Below, piece by piece: positions 61,581 to 64,000 of a stretch of 64,000 bases of DNA. Below the pieces are notes generated by a model, which saw only the letters and a program-made list of their open reading frames with translations, was not told the DNA's origin and made no database searches. The translations under genes were made by a program, and so were the position numbers. Positions within the stretch are counted from its first letter, which is position 1; every line of letters starts with the position of its first letter. The stretch is from NCBI RefSeq assembly GCF_963921235.1, contig NC_086097.1:13268001-13332000 (forward strand). The letters run 5' to 3'. Source of the DNA: Mobula hypostoma (lineage: Eukaryota).

Positions 61581-63234
61581 TTCTCAATTTTGAATATAAT
61601 AGAAATGAATTAATTTCAATCCCGCCAAAAGAGATTCCATGGAGATATTAACTGGTGGTAGCCTCCACTTTTAAAGAGAATAAGCAACGATACATATAGC
61701 TACAATTCTGAACGCATAACCACATCGTAGACGGGCAGTTAGTCAGTCTTTTCCCCATGGTAGAACTATCAAAAACGGGAGGGCATAGTTTAAGGTTAAG
61801 TTTTATTTACACAGAGGGTCGTAGGTGCCTAAATCTCACTGCCAGGGGAAGCGGGCACGATGGTGACGTTTAAGAGGCATTTGGCAGCGCGTGAACGTGC
61901 AGGGACTAGAGGGATATGGATCATGTACGGACAGATAGGTTTGGTTTAATGTGCCATCGTGGGATGAAGGTGTGCTGTACTGTTCTAAGCTGTGTTCATA
62001 TTAAAGCGTTTGATTTAATTTGATAAATTAGGATTGTTTCTGATGCATTGTGGAAATAATTTTCGCTCCCCACTCCCGATAATCTATTCTACTCGCAAGA
62101 GACTGTTATGACAAAGAGAAACGATACCCAGAACTTTCCTCTCGAGTTTCTACCCTTGTATCCCGCTGAAATTGTACGTTTTATACTAGAAACATTGGCC
62201 GACTCAGGGCTGGTCTCTGCAATAGAGGCACAGGATTGAATTAGGCAGAATTACAACGAAGATCCCCATGTCTGAAATAGTGAATAAGAACACAATTGTT
62301 CCATAATGCCTTGACACCCTTCCTGATGCTTGGACGGGAATCTGGGAGACACGTAGAACTCCGACGACGAAGAAAAATGGACAGTGTTTTAGTCGTTTGG
62401 GGATTAAGATAGTCAAGTCCCCGTCTATATTCGTGAAACTGTAACATTATTTCTGCTCTGGCGTCACGCGTTCGAGACCCGTTCGCTTTGTCCTTTCTGG
62501 TCCCTTTGAAATGAAGGGTTGGTTCAACTGATATGCTATAACAATTTTGTTTAAAGAAATGTAGAAAGTTACGGGGGAATAGCGGACAGATTTTATTCGG
62601 GCTACCATCTGAACAGTGATCAACATAGAAAATTGGTGCGACAACATTTAATGCGGCTGATTTTTCTTTACGCTGAATTACGGCAGGATTGTGTGAGACA
62701 GACCTCTTCGTAACAGTGTACTAGAATGCACTCATCTAAGTCAAGGAGAATGGAATTCTTCGCCCAGTTGCCCTGTTAAATGTTGATCACTACCGCTCGC
62801 ACAACCTCCTGCGCTCTTTCACTCGGGCGCGGCAGCTATCCACAAGCTGGGAATTCGCAATACGTGTTTAACAGTACAAACCACCCGCACAATCTACTTT
62901 CAAATATATAAACTACGACCAATATTGTAACATTCAGTGGTGGAGTGTCCGTAAGAAATCCTCTCACAGGCCAGAAAAGGAGCATTCAGTAACTGAACTG
63001 CAAGCACAAGGAAGCGGCTATTTGGCCCATCTTGATCATGTCGATCCTTTCAAATGTTCGTCCAGATGTGACGGTCTGCCGCTGCTATCCTTTCCGGCAC
63101 TGGGCTTAAGACCCTAACCACATATTGACTGAGCAAAAAATCTGCAATCCCTCTTGCAACGTGCCACAAAAATAATTTAAACACATTCCTCGTGTTTATA
63201 GTCCTCTCTGCTTCTGAACACAAAACATTTATTT

Positions 63235-63652
63235 AGAATATAGAATGTAGAATAGTACAGCGTAGTACAGGTCTTTCGGCTCACAATGTTGTGCTGACCT
63301 TTAACCTACTCTATGATCAATTTAACCCTTCTCACCTACATAATCGTTTAATTTTCTACCATCCATGTGCCTAATCAAGAGTTTCTTAAAACCCCCTAAT
63401 GTGTCTGCCTCTATGACCACCACTGGCAGGGCCTTCCACACACTCACCATCTCTGACATCCACCCCCACCCCACCACCATACTTTCCTCCAGTCACCTTA
63501 AAATTATGCTTCCCTGGTATTAGTTATTTCTGCCCTGGGGAAATAGTCTCTGGCCAGCCTATCAATCTATACCTCTTATCATCTTGTACACCTTCATAAA
63601 GTCACTCTCATCTCCTTTACTCCAAAGGCAAAAGCCATCACTCATTCAACCT
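63235..63652 (-). mobile_element. CR1 3' fragment
   Basis: (TAGAA)n tail, similar to 3225-3640. Confidence 0.8.
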
Positions 63653-63664
63653 AAAAGCAATGGA

Positions 63665-63990
63665 TATGACCCAATCTATCACCAGCAAAACCGTCCCCAC
63701 CATTGAGCCTATCTCTGCACAGAACGGCGTAGCAGGAAAGCAGCGTCCATTATTAAGGACCCCCACTACCCAGACCATGCACTCTTTTTGCTGCTGCCAT
63801 TAGGAAGGAGGTACTGGACCCACACCACCAGGTTCAGAAAAAGTTACTACCCCTCAACTATCAAACTCTTGAACCTGAGGGGAGAACTTCACTCACCCCA
63901 ACAATGTTCGGACAACCTATGGATTCACTGCGAAGAATGCTTAATATTCTCATTATTCATTCCTTATTTAATTATTATTATTATTTCTTT
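63665..63990 (+). mobile_element. Rex1/Babar 3' fragment
   Basis: KAASIIKDPHYPDHALFLLLPLGRRYWTHTTRFRKSYYPSTIKLLN. Confidence 0.85.
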
Positions 63991-64000
63991 TTAAAATTTT

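Overview
This is a repeat-dense, essentially non-genic 64-kb stretch of a vertebrate nuclear genome. It is very probably a cartilaginous fish (ray or shark), inferred from the mix of CR1 LINEs, Rex1/Babar LINEs, Penelope-like elements (PLEs), V-domain (HE1-type) SINEs, RTE-type short elements and Tc1/mariner/hAT remnants. No intact host protein-coding gene was found; every recognisable ORF in the six-frame track is transposon-derived except a decayed, apparently intronless thioredoxin-like fragment at about 49.1-49.3 kb. Highlights: (i) a minimal hammerhead-ribozyme core (CUGAUGA...GAAACGUC) intact at 31.2 kb in a TSD-flanked 521-bp Penelope derivative, plus several decayed copies; (ii) a four-layer nest at 4.75-9.2 kb (Tc1 < Rex1 < solo LTR < CR1) with readable junctions; (iii) a hAT-Charlie deletion derivative with a perfect 8-bp TSD carrying a CR1 3' piece; (iv) a mariner MITE with four TIR copies; (v) several short non-autonomous LINE families and a tRNA-CORE SINE whose body derives from one of them; (vi) a degenerate 23-bp minisatellite; (vii) several repeat-free, motif-rich islands that look like conserved cis-regulatory elements. 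Family names are by-eye motif recognition without database searches, and boundaries of decayed elements are approximate.
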